NCBI GenBank assembly: GCA_030704615.1
Contig: JAKLZA010000198.1
Location: forward strand, 1-34,000
Reading direction: 5' to 3'
Length of the DNA stretch: 34,000 bases
Source of the DNA: Takakia lepidozioides
Taxonomy: Eukaryota; Plantae; Bryophyta
The translations under genes were made by a program, and so were the position numbers. Under the pieces are notes generated by a model, which worked only from the letters and a program-made list of their open reading frames with translations, did not search any database and was not told the origin of the DNA. This document shows, piece after piece, positions 22,101 through 32,685 of the stretch (the stretch's first letter is position 1; each line of letters starts with the position of its first letter).

Positions 22101-25100
22101 GGCCTAGAACTGGAAGGCGCCGAATTTCCAGTTCCGGGCCAGCCACCCTAGGGACTTAGGAAAATGGCTAAGTCCCTGGACGGCAATAGGGCCTGGAACT
22201 GGAATATGGCGCCGAATTTCCACTTCATGGCCAGCCAGTCTAGGGACTTAGGAAAATGGCTAAGTCCCTGGACGGCAATAGGGCCTAGAACTGGAAAACG
22301 GCGCCGAATTTCCAGTTCCGGGCCAGCCACACTAGGGACTTAGCCCGAAAATGGCTAAGTCCCTGAACGGCAATAGGGCCTGGAACTGGAAAATGGCCGA
22401 ATTTCCAGTTCCGGGCCAGCCAGTCTAGGGACTTTGCCATTTTCGGAGCCCTGACTGGAAATTCGGCGCCATTTTCCCTAACACCACTTAGGCCTCTAAC
22501 ATCCTGAAATGCCAGGACTTGAAAGAAAGGCAGCGCGTATGTACCTGTACAGAAGGCGCATTGCTGCTTTGTCCGCGTTCGGCTGGTCGGTGAACTCGTG
22601 GCTCCGGCGAGCATCTGCTATCTCCCGAAAGAATAGGTTGGTTTTGTAGAGCAGAAAGTACCTCGTCACATAGTCACGCAGGCTCTCTGCTGCAGGAGAT
22701 ATCTCCATCTTGAACTGATGTGCTTGTGTGTCCAGCTGCTCTTGCGCATTCGTCGTCACCTGTGGAGATTGTCCATCAGATCGCTTTCCTCAAAAAATAC
22801 AATGAATCAACCCCCTACTAGAGTACAAGCCCCAAACGAAGCGTGGGGAAGTACCTGAAACCACCATGTCATGCGGTTCATCCACATGTCGAATGTGGGG
22901 TCAGAGAGTTTGTCCGGTTTGGGGAAGCTCCACATGTCCCTGGTACTTTGGGAACCATTCCAGATTTGGAGCCACCGGGTCTGTCCAACCACCCAGCATA
23001 TTCGTAAGCGCCAAACACCACAAAAAGGAGTTGTTGCCACCACAATTTGGTTAAGAATGTATCACCTTTTCTGTTGCATCCACACAGGATGTGGCTAGAC
23101 GATGGAGCTTCTCCAATGTCATCGTGGGCTTCAGAGCGCGAGAGTAGTGCTTTCCCACCTCCACCAGAAAGTCGGCACCAAGGGCGGGATCAGCTATGGC
23201 CACGTACTTTACCATCCGCGACTTGTACTTTATGCGGGCCCTCACCTCCGCAGCTTTGACATACGATTCGAGTTCCGGGAGGGTTGGATTCTTCTCCTCT
23301 GACTCCATGTAGAACCTCCGCGCATGTGCCAAATCCTGCTGTATTTTCGTCTGTCGAAAAGCGCACATAAGATTAGAGATCCTGCTCAACACAATTTCTT
23401 CTATTGGGGGAGGAGAGACAAATTAGCTCAACAAAACTGCAGGAGCTTTACCCGAAATATGTAGTCCACCATGGCGTCGACGCTCAGCCTATACCAGGTT
23501 CTGTCTGCCTTTGCCTCCGACTTGCGCAGGAGGTCGGCACTGAGGGAATTGGCAAACTCTTCCACCCCCTGCTTCCGACATCCTTCACTCACTCGGAAGA
23601 GCATATGGGACAAGTTGGTGGCAATGAAGGCATTCTCAGTCACCCTGCAGTGCCACATTTCCATCAAACAATACTGAAATGGGAATTTTCATCATATATG
23701 AGGATTCGCAATGAAATGACTTCCAAATTCAAAGTCCAAAAGCGAGAGGGGTTGTAGCTTACGAGTTGATGTCGGCCATTGCAGCTTTGAGAAGACTGCG
23801 ATCTTTGGGCCCCGCAACCTTCAGCACAACACAATCGACGGCGAAATGCCAATCGAGATCGTTGGGGTGGGCTTGGGCAATGTGCTCCATCCATGCCAGG
23901 AGGCGATGATTGCCGTCCCACACGTAGAACATCTTACCGGACATGTGCTGGAAAAGAGGATCACTAGCAATCGATCTCTCGAACTCCTCATTTCGCGTTT
24001 GCCAATGGGGACCCCATTTGTCCACCTCATCGGAAGTGTGGGCACGGGAAGCTCCGTGGTCGTTCTCAATGGAAACGTAAAAGGCGGCAGACCCCATTCG
24101 ATATCCATCCCGGAAAGAGAATTTCAGCTTGTCGATATCGCCTGGGAGGGCAGGTCTCACCACCTGCAATGACACCAAGCGGCAAAGGGGAATTCGAAGC
24201 TTGGCCGGGTACACCATGCCCCCCAGCACCCTGCCAATGTTGCTGTGGGTGCCCTCCAACATCTTGGCAGCGGCCAACTTCATATCCGCCTCAGACATGA
24301 CGTCTGCTGCAGAGGGGTTTTCCGGCAGCCCACCAAGACCGCCAAATCCAGCCTGTATGCTCCGGGTTTGGGGCCTGGGGATGTCCGGGAGAATGTCATC
24401 CTGGTCAGAAACATCCATGTCGTCCTCCTCAACAGGGTCAGCCACCTGCGAAACCACCTCCAGCACTCTCGTCGTCTCTACTGCCCTCTCCCTGGCTTCA
24501 CCTCGAACTTGCACAATCGGTGCTCTTTCAGGTGTTCTTTCCTCTCCTCCACTCTCCACCGTATGGGTAATTGCGGGGGGCTGCACTTGCCCGCGATGGT
24601 CTAACCGGTGTGCTACTGCCTCTCTGTGGTGTCTTGTAGGGATCCACCGTCTCTGTGTGTCCCTCGCTTACATTGGCATCTGTCATTTGGGCACCCCGGG
24701 CCTCTTCAGCTGCCTTTTGTCTTTCCTCCTTGCTAGCATTCTGTCTCGTCTGTTCTTTTGCCCTCTCTTTTGCCCTCTCACGGGCTTTCTGTTTCTTACT
24801 AGGGCTAGCAACAGGGGAGCCCTCCAGGACGACCACCTTTGATTGAGGCGAACTGACACCCTCGCGCGCACTGCTCACCCCCCCTCCGCAGCCCGTGACT
24901 GCTCTCTCGCCGGGGATTGCATGTGCTTAGCTTTCTTCTTTTTCTTTGCGTGGGCGGGCCCTACTGCATGTGCATGAACAACCTCCATTGCCGGATCTGC
25001 TGTCCTCATGTCCTCACGCCCTTCACCTGCCATGCCGCCTGCACCAACCTCCCCAATGCCTACTCTATCGTAATCTCGTTGCAAGTCCTCCCGTCCACCA

Positions 25101-25629
25101 ACAAAAGATTTAAGTTTGCCCTCTCGCCCCAAGTTGGGCGATTCAAACATGCGATGAGTTGGAGCTGTCGATGATACCACCAGCGTGCCGGGCTCGTCGT
25201 CACTCTGTGATTGACAAAAATCGTGAACACCAACAGTGGTGCAAAAAGCAGCAGCGCAACCACCATAGCAACAATCATGTAGCAAAAATGAAAACATAAC
25301 AAGTTTAGGAAGTATGGAGAGCCATGCAACAACAATGAAAACAAATGCAACCATTGCCTAAGAATGACATGCACAAGCAGCCTTCTCCAGAGCTGCCGGA
25401 TTTGCACACGCATTGCAAACAATCTAAGGTTCAGTCAACTATCTAAAGTTCACTCATAAAGCAAAGCCAGGATGAAGATGCAGAAACAAAGCGAGGTAAC
25501 GAAGCGAAAGCAAAAAAGAAATCGAACAAACCGAAAGCAGAAGTGGCTTGCCTGAGAGTACTCGGCTTCAGTTGGCGCAGGTTGTGAGCAAGACACTGGA
25601 ATCTCCTGCTGGAGCTTCAGTTTGGCCAT
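19177..25629 (-). CDS. ~1,450-aa protein: disordered N-terminus, ParB/Srx-like domain, helical region, beta-class N4/N6 DNA methyltransferase-like domain, acidic/basic tail
   Basis: Approximate exons: 25629-25552 (GC donor, least certain), 25205-23762, 23646-23452, 23351-23067, 22981-22855, 22759-22544, 21518-20389, 20302-20038, 19956-19758, 19628-19177, with GT-AG junctions that keep frame. FYVWDGNHRLLAW (DGNHR 23903-23917). DMILLDIPDG (~20634-20663). RSPAFIQTLMETCSDVQGRILDLTCGTG spliced to ASMWAGTLSDRHVFAFEPD. Three frameshifts, all at G/C homopolymers. Confidence 0.75.
21549..22470. repeat. Intronic tandem array, ~10 copies of a ~94-bp internally palindromic unit
   Basis: Unit AAAATGGCTAAGTCCCTGGACGGCAATAGGGCCTRGAACTGGAAWAYGGCGCCGAATTTCCASTTCMGGGCCAGCCA..CTAGGGACTT starts near 21549, 21644, 21737, 21833, 21926, 22073, 22162, 22253 and 22348. 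It lies between the donor at ~22543 and the acceptor at ~21519. Confidence 0.93.
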
Positions 25630-25949
25630 GCGAGAGATTGGCCGTCGTCCGTAGTACAGAGCTTTCAACTTCCGCCGCGGTCTGGATCTGAGGTCTCTCT
25701 CAGGAGAGCCACGCCCTTCAGGCGGCATAAGTCCCAGCCAAAAAGATCTCCTTTTTTGGGGTACATGCCTGGAATACCATGTTAAGCCAAGTATAGCATG
25801 AGATTTAGGGTACGTGTCCAGGAAGCCATGCGTCGCCAGCCCGAATATAACGACGGCCGTCGACATTTATTGCCCAACTGCGCAATTAAATGTCGGATGA
25901 AGCCCTCCATGTCGGAAGAAAATAGACGAAAACAGTCCCGGAATTTCCC

Positions 25950-27370
25950 TCACGCAGGTAATTCGGAGCGCGCGGATGGAAATCCGGCGCCGAATTTCCA
26001 TCCGGCCGGAGCAGCGCGCGCCCGGCGCCGAATTTCCATCCGCGCAGGGGTGGAAATCCGGCGCCGAATTTCCATTGGAATGGAAATCCGGCGCCGAATT
26101 TCCATCCGCGCCGGTGCGGCAGGTAATTCGGATGCGCGCGGATGGAAATCCGGCGCCGAATTTCCATCCGCGCCCGGATGCGCGCGGATGGAAATCCGGC
26201 GCCGAATTTCCATCCGCGCAGGTAGTGGCGCCGAATTGTTTTTCAAGCAGGTAATTCGGAAAATCCGGCGCCGAATTTCCATCCGCGCACGCGCCGGCGC
26301 CGAATTTCCATCCGCGCAGCGGTGCGCCAAATTTCCTTCAAGCAGGTAATTCGGATGCGCGCGGATGGAAATCCGGCGCCGAATTTCCATCCGCGCAGGT
26401 AGGGCGGTTCGCGCAGGTAATTCGGCGCCGAATTTCCAAGGTAAATCGGTGCCATATGGATATTCGGCGCCGAATTTCGATTCGCCATTTATTTCTGAGC
26501 GAGGAATTACCTCCGTGCAGGTAATTCCCATATAAGAATTACCTTCGTGCAGGTAATTCACATACAAGAATTACCTTCATGCAGGTAATTTCCAGATGAG
26601 AATTACCTTTGTGCAGGTAATTCTGGACGAGGAATAAACATCGATTGGAATTACCTGCAGGAAGGTAATTGTCATCTGGAAATTACCTGCACAAAGGTAA
26701 AGTAATTCTTATATGGGAATTACCTGCACGAAGGTAATTCCTCGCTCAGAAATAAATGGCGAGTGGAAATCCGGCGCCGAATATCCATACGGCACTGATC
26801 CGACTTACCTGCGGCGCCGAATTTCCATTGATTCGAATTACCTGCAGGATGGAAATTCGGCGCCGAAGGGATTTACCATGGAAATTCGGCGCCCGATTCG
26901 AATTACCTGCAGGATGGAAATTCGGCGCCCCAATTGCCGGCGCCGAATTTCCATGATTCGAGCAGGATGGAAATTCGGCGCCGAATATCCATATGGCACC
27001 GATCCGACTTACCTGCTGGATGGAAATTCGGCGCCGAATTTCGATTCGGCCGAGTGGCCGGCGCCGAATTGGGACTTCCGGGCCGGCGCCGGATTCGAAT
27101 TACCTGCCAGAATGCCTGGGCCGAAGGCACTTTACCTGCTGGATGGAAATTCGGCGCCGAATGATTCGGCCGGCGCCGAATATCCATATGTCCGACTTAC
27201 CTGCTGGATGGAAATTCGGCGCCGAATTTCCATTCGATTCGAATTACCTGCAGGATGGAAATTCGGCGCCGAATATCCATATGGCACCGATCCGACTTAC
27301 CTGCTGGATGGAAATTCGGCGCCGAATGATCCTGCCAGCCACTTACCTGCTGGATGGAAATTCGGCGCCG
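25950..27370. repeat. Mirror-symmetric palindrome array between the divergent genes (axis ~26640)
   Basis: Dozens of GGAAATYCGGCGCCGAATTTCC sites. 26445-26625 is the inverted copy of ~26650-26800. GCAGGTAAT predominates left of the axis and TTACCTGC right of it. Confidence 0.93.
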
Positions 27371-28030
27371 AATCTCCATCCGGGGATGGTCTCTGTCGGA
27401 GAGGTGCCTCTCCGCCGCTCTGTTGGATATTCGGTGCCGAATTTCCGTCCCGGGGGTTGAAATATGACTGCCAGGTTCCGACCTCTCCCCCCTCCCCGAC
27501 TTCATTGGAACGGCCCCGAATAATTGAAATTCGGCGCCGTTTTCCATCTGGGGAGGTTTTTATGTCGCCCAGTTTTCGGTCTGACCCCCGACAACGACTT
27601 CCTTTGGGGGGGCCCGGATGGAAATTCGGCGCCCGAATCTCATCCAGGGGATACTCTCTGTCGAAACACTGCCGGCCTCTACGCCCCGAGGCGACTTCAT
27701 CCGGCGTCCCCTGTTGGATATCGTGCCGAATTTCCGTCCGGGGGTTGAAATGTGACGGCCAAGTGCAGGCCACTCCCCCCTCCCCGACTGCATCCGAACC
27801 CCCGGATGGAAATTCGGCGCCGTTTTTCCATCTGGGTGTTTTTTATGCCGTCCAGTTTTCGGCCTGACCCCCCGACACGACTCCTTTGGGGGGCCGGATG
27901 GAAATTCGGCGCCGAATCTCCATCCAGGGATGTTCTCTGTCGCACACACTCCGGCCTCTGCGCCCGAGGCGACTTCATCCGGGCTTCCTCTGTTGGATAT
28001 TGGGTGCCGAATTTCCATTCGGGGGTAGTA
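27350..28030. repeat. ~270-bp tandem duplication (about 2.5 copies) containing the same palindrome
   Basis: GGATGGAAATTCGGCGCCGAATCTCCATCC(A/G)GGGAT..TCTCTGTCG recurs, with small indels, at ~27352, ~27616 and ~27896. Confidence 0.85.
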
Positions 28031-28319
28031 ATGTGACGGCACGGTGCCGGCTTCTCCCCTTCAGCCGTCATCATCCGGACGGCCCCCACTTTCTGACTGC
28101 ATACCGTTGGCAGTTATTGCGCAAAGACGAGGGGCCGCATTCCGGAGACAAGGTTCATTAACACTCTGACTGTGGATTTTTGAGATAGTTGGCTCCCTGG
28201 ATTTGGATCAGGCTTCGTCGCTCGGACAAATCGGCATCGCATTCATTCCCATCGCTGCACCCCCTTCTACAGGGAGCTTCCCCGCACGCCATCCTGGCAG
28301 TCTTGTGTGCACATCTCCC

Positions 28320-31300
28320 ATGGCGGAAAACCCGAGCGCTACAGTGTACTGCCCTCCTCACGAGCATAGAGCTTCTTTTCCGTGCAGAGGGGACACCTGC
28401 CGGGTGATGGAGAAATATCTGTGCGTTCGATACCACCTGAAACCGGGGGGTCGTTTTTTTGGAGGAGGAAAGGAAGACTCAAACGGCCTTGTTGTCGAGA
28501 GTATTGTTGTGCTCCACGATGATTTCGGCGATGGCAGGGAATGGCGAGTTCCACCATCGGACAGCCATATACAGGCTGTTGGGGACTTCATTTGCCCCCC
28601 CAAATGCACCGTCTATCCTGGCGCCTTCCACGAAACAATCCGCGAATCAGAGAGTGGCTACCTCAAAGAGAGAAGTCCGCAACGAAGTAAATCCAGAGCC
28701 GAACCCATCCATGAAGACGAGCGAGAACCGGGTTGTTCACAACCTGTCCGACTCAGACGAGGTCATGGAAGTTCCGAGGTCGTCCTGGAGATCAGGCAAG
28801 TCCTCAATGGACGTCAGTGGAGGAGGGAGTCATATTCCCAGCACGAGCACCGCAGTTCGATCTATTCTTGAAATTCTGCGAGGGCTTCACCTGGAGGGAC
28901 ACCGGTCGGAGCTGGCCGGGCTGGACTACAGCAAGTTCGCAATTAAATCGGTTACATGCCTTCCCGCCGACGTCGACGGTAATATCTTCTTTGAGTTCCC
29001 TCCTCGGGCGGACTACTCGAGGGCGTCCGGAATGTTGACAGAAAGGATAGAAAACATGACGGTCATCCTTGGTGCGTTACCAAAACCACCAGCATGAAGA
29101 TGCTTGATGGTGTGCGGGTGCGCTACGTTGTTTTGTGCGGGCGCGTTGCGGTGTTTTCCCCAACTTGCTTTCCACTTTAAATCCAGAGGTCACAGGAACG
29201 AGACCGATTGGACAGGCACAGCTCACAACCATTTCGAGCTCAGGAGAAGGTTCCGAACTCCACATTTAAGTGTGCGCATTGCAAAGAACCACCACACTGC
29301 ATGTCTGTTTGTAATGCCAAGCAGTTCTATGTGTTGCACCGTTTCCCTGACCTCACCCGAGCTTGCATACACGTTGGTTCCCATTGTCACAAAGGGCGAG
29401 GGGGAACTCGCGGGAGGCTGCCCACGAAGCAGAGCAGCTCGTTCAGGAGGAGGTTAAGTTGAGACCGTGCCCAAACCCAAACAGATACAGCTCCAAGCCG
29501 CCCATAAGATGGCATTGGCCAGAATTATGTCGGAAGACGGCTCCGATAGAGTTCTTCTCGACGAGAAGGAAATGGAGGCATTGCTGGAGTCGGTGTCCCA
29601 CGTATGTTCACCGAATGTCCGAAACCACATTGTCTCATGCAAACAGAAAATTGGGCGTGGCTCGATATGCACTCCATTCTGGAGGTGAAGCGACGATGTG
29701 GATATGACTACATTCATGGAAGTAGGTTTCCAGGACAAGGGACTGAGGCAGATCGTTGTTTCGTATTCAAAATGTCCACGTGTGGACCTGGCAGTGGCGT
29801 CGAACTGGTCGACAGGATGACAGTGGGAACTTGTCAAACAGTTGGGTCATGTTCGACCATATCAAGCGAATTACAAATCACCAGTGGGTGACAATGGGTG
29901 CACATGTCTACGACACCCACTGCAGGATGCTAATGACAATTGCTATTTGTGAGATGAAATGAGAGGACACACAATTGGAGATGCTTCTTTGGCAGGGAAA
30001 TAACGAACAGATGGCCAAGGCGGGATTGCCCCTCCCAATTTCCGTGGTTTCATGGCGGACAACGCACAAGCAAATTGGGCTGCCATCCGAAGGGTGTACG
30101 GGCAAGACCCCAATGTTCCCATGGAAGTCAAGGAGAGATCTTGTGGGTTCCATTTTCTGCAGAGCCTTTCGCAGTACACAACCAGCTCGTGGCGCCAGAT
30201 TTCAGAGAGGAGCACCGTTCCATGTGCCTTGCGTGGAAGCGCGCCCCACCTTGGATGATGCAGAGACACAGTTTGCATGCATACGGGCTTGGTGGACATC
30301 GTCAGGTGCTGTAAGGAAATCAGACGAGGAGCAATGGTCAGTTGGCTAGCATGGTGGCATTATCGTTTCCTCCAGTTCGGCGACTATATGCGGGAGGTGA
30401 GTTGCACGAATTCGCGTCTCCGTTGATATTATTCTTGGCCATATTTGTAACTTGCTTGTAACCTCAACATGTGCTTGTGCAGGAAATGTGTCTTGACTCC
30501 GACACCAACATGCCCACGACAAACATGACCAAATTAGTGCACTCTTCCTGGCGTGCCTCCTCTGCGGCGCATCTGGTGGACATCCTCACTGCCACAACGG
30601 AGGACATTGTGAGGTCAATTATGCAGCAATGCAGGTACAACGAGTTCTTGAAAGGGAAACAGTGGGGCTTGGGGCCGGACAGGCAGGAAATGCTGATGCG
30701 GACTGCCTCTAGATCGAAGAATCCTCGGAAGTGGGCGGCGGCCTTGCGAGAGGGCCTTCGGGACACGCCATTGCTGCGAAGAGGCCAACATTTGGAAGGA
30801 GATGTTCATACCCGTCCAGTGAGACGAAGACTTGACGAGGCACCTGGCGGAGAAGAGGATTCATGGCGAGCTGACAAGAATATTTGCACGCTCCCTCGTG
30901 GTCCGGTGATGTTGCCCGAGGAGGTCTCATCGAGCACCGCAAGTCCTGCACGTTCAAGATCGCCATCCTCCTTCGAGCACAGGGCGCGTGCCCCCGGCAA
31001 CATAACGAGCCATCTGTAGTAAAGCAGTACAACAACATTCCCATTGTGGAGACAAGAGTGTCGGAGTCACAGTGGAGAATTGCGAGGACATTGCCGGCAT
31101 TTCGAGGGAAGTGCTGCGCCATCCGGGTGGATATGAGAGCACGCTGTGGTGAGATGATTCGGAGGAACCCACACGGTGCTGTACCAGCGGCAGATTTTTG
31201 ACTCCCACATTTGCTCACACCACAACGCAGACATTTTGGTTCTGTAGGCACGACATAATGACCTGTGTATTTGGCAAGCCCAAGTACGGGATTCAGGGAA

Positions 31301-31895
31301 TGCCGGAGCCTCTGGGCGTCTGGTCCTGTTGCACCAGGTTGCAGCCTCTCTCAGAATGAGGCGGATGCTCTATCTGCAGCAGCAGATTTTGAATGGTGCA
31401 ACGCACAGACATCCCGGCCCACGCATTTCCGGTTCCTCAGACCCAGCCATTGCAGACTGCTCGGTCCAGTAGAGACGGATTGGACAATTCTGCACATCCC
31501 AATGCGATTCGGAAGAGTGAAGAGACGACACCCTCCCAACAAGTTGAATGAGACTCGGATTGCCAATGCTCTTGGGATGGCTTGCACTATTCAGAGCTCC
31601 GTGGACGTACCCCCACCCGGCCTTGGGCGTGTGTATCGGATGGCAACGGCCGGCTCGGCTGTACGCGACGATGTATACACAATTACGATTGGAGTGGAGC
31701 CGACTTGCAATTGTACAGACTTCTCGTTGATGGAAGCAAAGAAGGGTTTCGAAGTATTATCCGTGCAAACATCTGTATTACATTTACCTGAAGAGGTTGA
31801 GGATGAACGTGACTATTGATGACTTTATTCATGCACCGGCGTTGAGCGTGAACGAGCTGCACAAACTCCTCCTTAGGGATTCCAGAAATCATTGA
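28320..31895 (+). pseudogene. Mutator-clan DDE transposase with Cys/His-rich N-terminal domain and C-terminal SWIM finger (transposase 2), frameshifted
   Basis: Cys/His region CAHCKEPPHCMSVC...RACIHVGSH. WVMFDHIKR (D ~29855), FMADNAQANW (D ~30058), ERSCGFHF (CxxH), PTTNMTKLVHSSW (expected Glu reads Lys at 30531), SWIM CNCTDF...CKHLYYI (~31706-31790). Intron ~30397-30482. Many indels and a stop at 29960. Confidence 0.8.
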
Positions 31896-32049
31896 TGGGG
31901 CAAAGGGAATCCTCCATATGGATATTTTTCAATTGCATTTTGTTGTATCAGACTTTTTTTTTGCAGTGTAATGAAATGCACCCCAAAACTCCTGGAATGA
32001 GGCAATATTCCATTCAAACTGAGATCCAACAGAAGCAGTTGTGGGCCAT

Positions 32050-32450
32050 TTCTGGAAAAATGGCGCCGAATTTCTCTTTGGGGCCGAAAACTGGCTAAGT
32101 CCCGGTACCTGTGTGGGAAAATGGCAAAAAACTGGCTAAGTCCCAACATGCACTGGTACCGTGTCTGGAAAAATGGCGCCGAATTTCTCTTTTTGGGCCG
32201 AAAACTGGCTAAGTCCCAAATGCACTGGTACAGTGTCTGGAAAAATGGCGCCGAATTTCCCTATTTTGCGCCGAAAACTGGCTAAGTCCGAACATGCACT
32301 GGAAAAATGGCGCCGAATTACCTGTCATGAGGGGACCTATAGCCGCAAAATTCGGCACCATTTTTCGCCAGAGAGACCTATTACCGCGAAATACGTCGCC
32401 GTTTTTTCAGGTTACGGACCCTATTACCGCAAAATTCGGCGCCATATTTG
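32050..32450. repeat. Subterminal array combining GGCGCCGAATT and GGCTAAGTCC motifs
   Basis: CTGGAAAAATGGCGCCGAATT occurs four times, plus inverted AATTCGGCRCCAT copies and AAAACTGGCTAAGTCC four times. Confidence 0.85.
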
Positions 32451-32613
32451 CACATGTCGCTGGGAATTGGCATGAGCGGAAGACGAAATATCATGAGCAC
32501 AACTGTCAAAACTGTAAGTTTCCCTTCAAGGGACCGAATAATATATTTGTTTTTCCTGACACATTGCATTAAAGTATTGTTTTTTATTGTTTTTTATTTT
32601 CAAAATTTGTACT

Positions 32614-32685
32614 TCTGCTCATGAAAACCGATTGTCTACTACTACTCCGCTCATGCCGCTCATGCTCATGAAATAGCAAACCTCC
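32614..32685 (-). repeat. Right terminal inverted repeat
   Basis: CCGCTCATGCCGCTCATGCTCATGAAATAGCAAACCTCC is an imperfect reverse complement of 18934-18986. Confidence 0.85.

Larger units (their letters stand above)
18934..32685. mobile_element. 13.75-kb TIR DNA transposon carrying a transposase and a ParB-methyltransferase gene
   Basis: Left end GGGGGCTGCTATTTCATGAGCGGCATGAGC matches the reverse complement of the right end, GGAGGTTTGCTATTTCATGAGCATGAGCGG. Flanking TTGT at 18930-18933 and 32686-32689. The GGCGCCGAATTT arrays are confined to this interval. Confidence 0.8.

Noticed and set aside
21549-22470. CRISPR-like appearance of regularly spaced palindromic repeats
   Set aside because: There are no unique spacers (whole units repeat), no cas genes, and the array lies in a spliceosomal intron.
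25950-27350. GCAGGTAA motif resembles the 5' splice-site consensus
   Set aside because: No exon context, and it is more simply part of the DNA repeat. A U1-binding role would be pure speculation.
25798-28161. Many ORFs with MEIRRRISI / WKFGAEF repeats, including the 384-aa ORF 26713-27867
   Set aside because: These are translations of a palindromic DNA repeat that give the same peptides on both strands, with no sign of real coding.
18934-32685. Bacterial or phage contamination as the source of the ParB and MTase domains
   Set aside because: The gene is split by multiple frame-preserving GT-AG introns and sits inside TIRs with a eukaryotic SWIM transposase.
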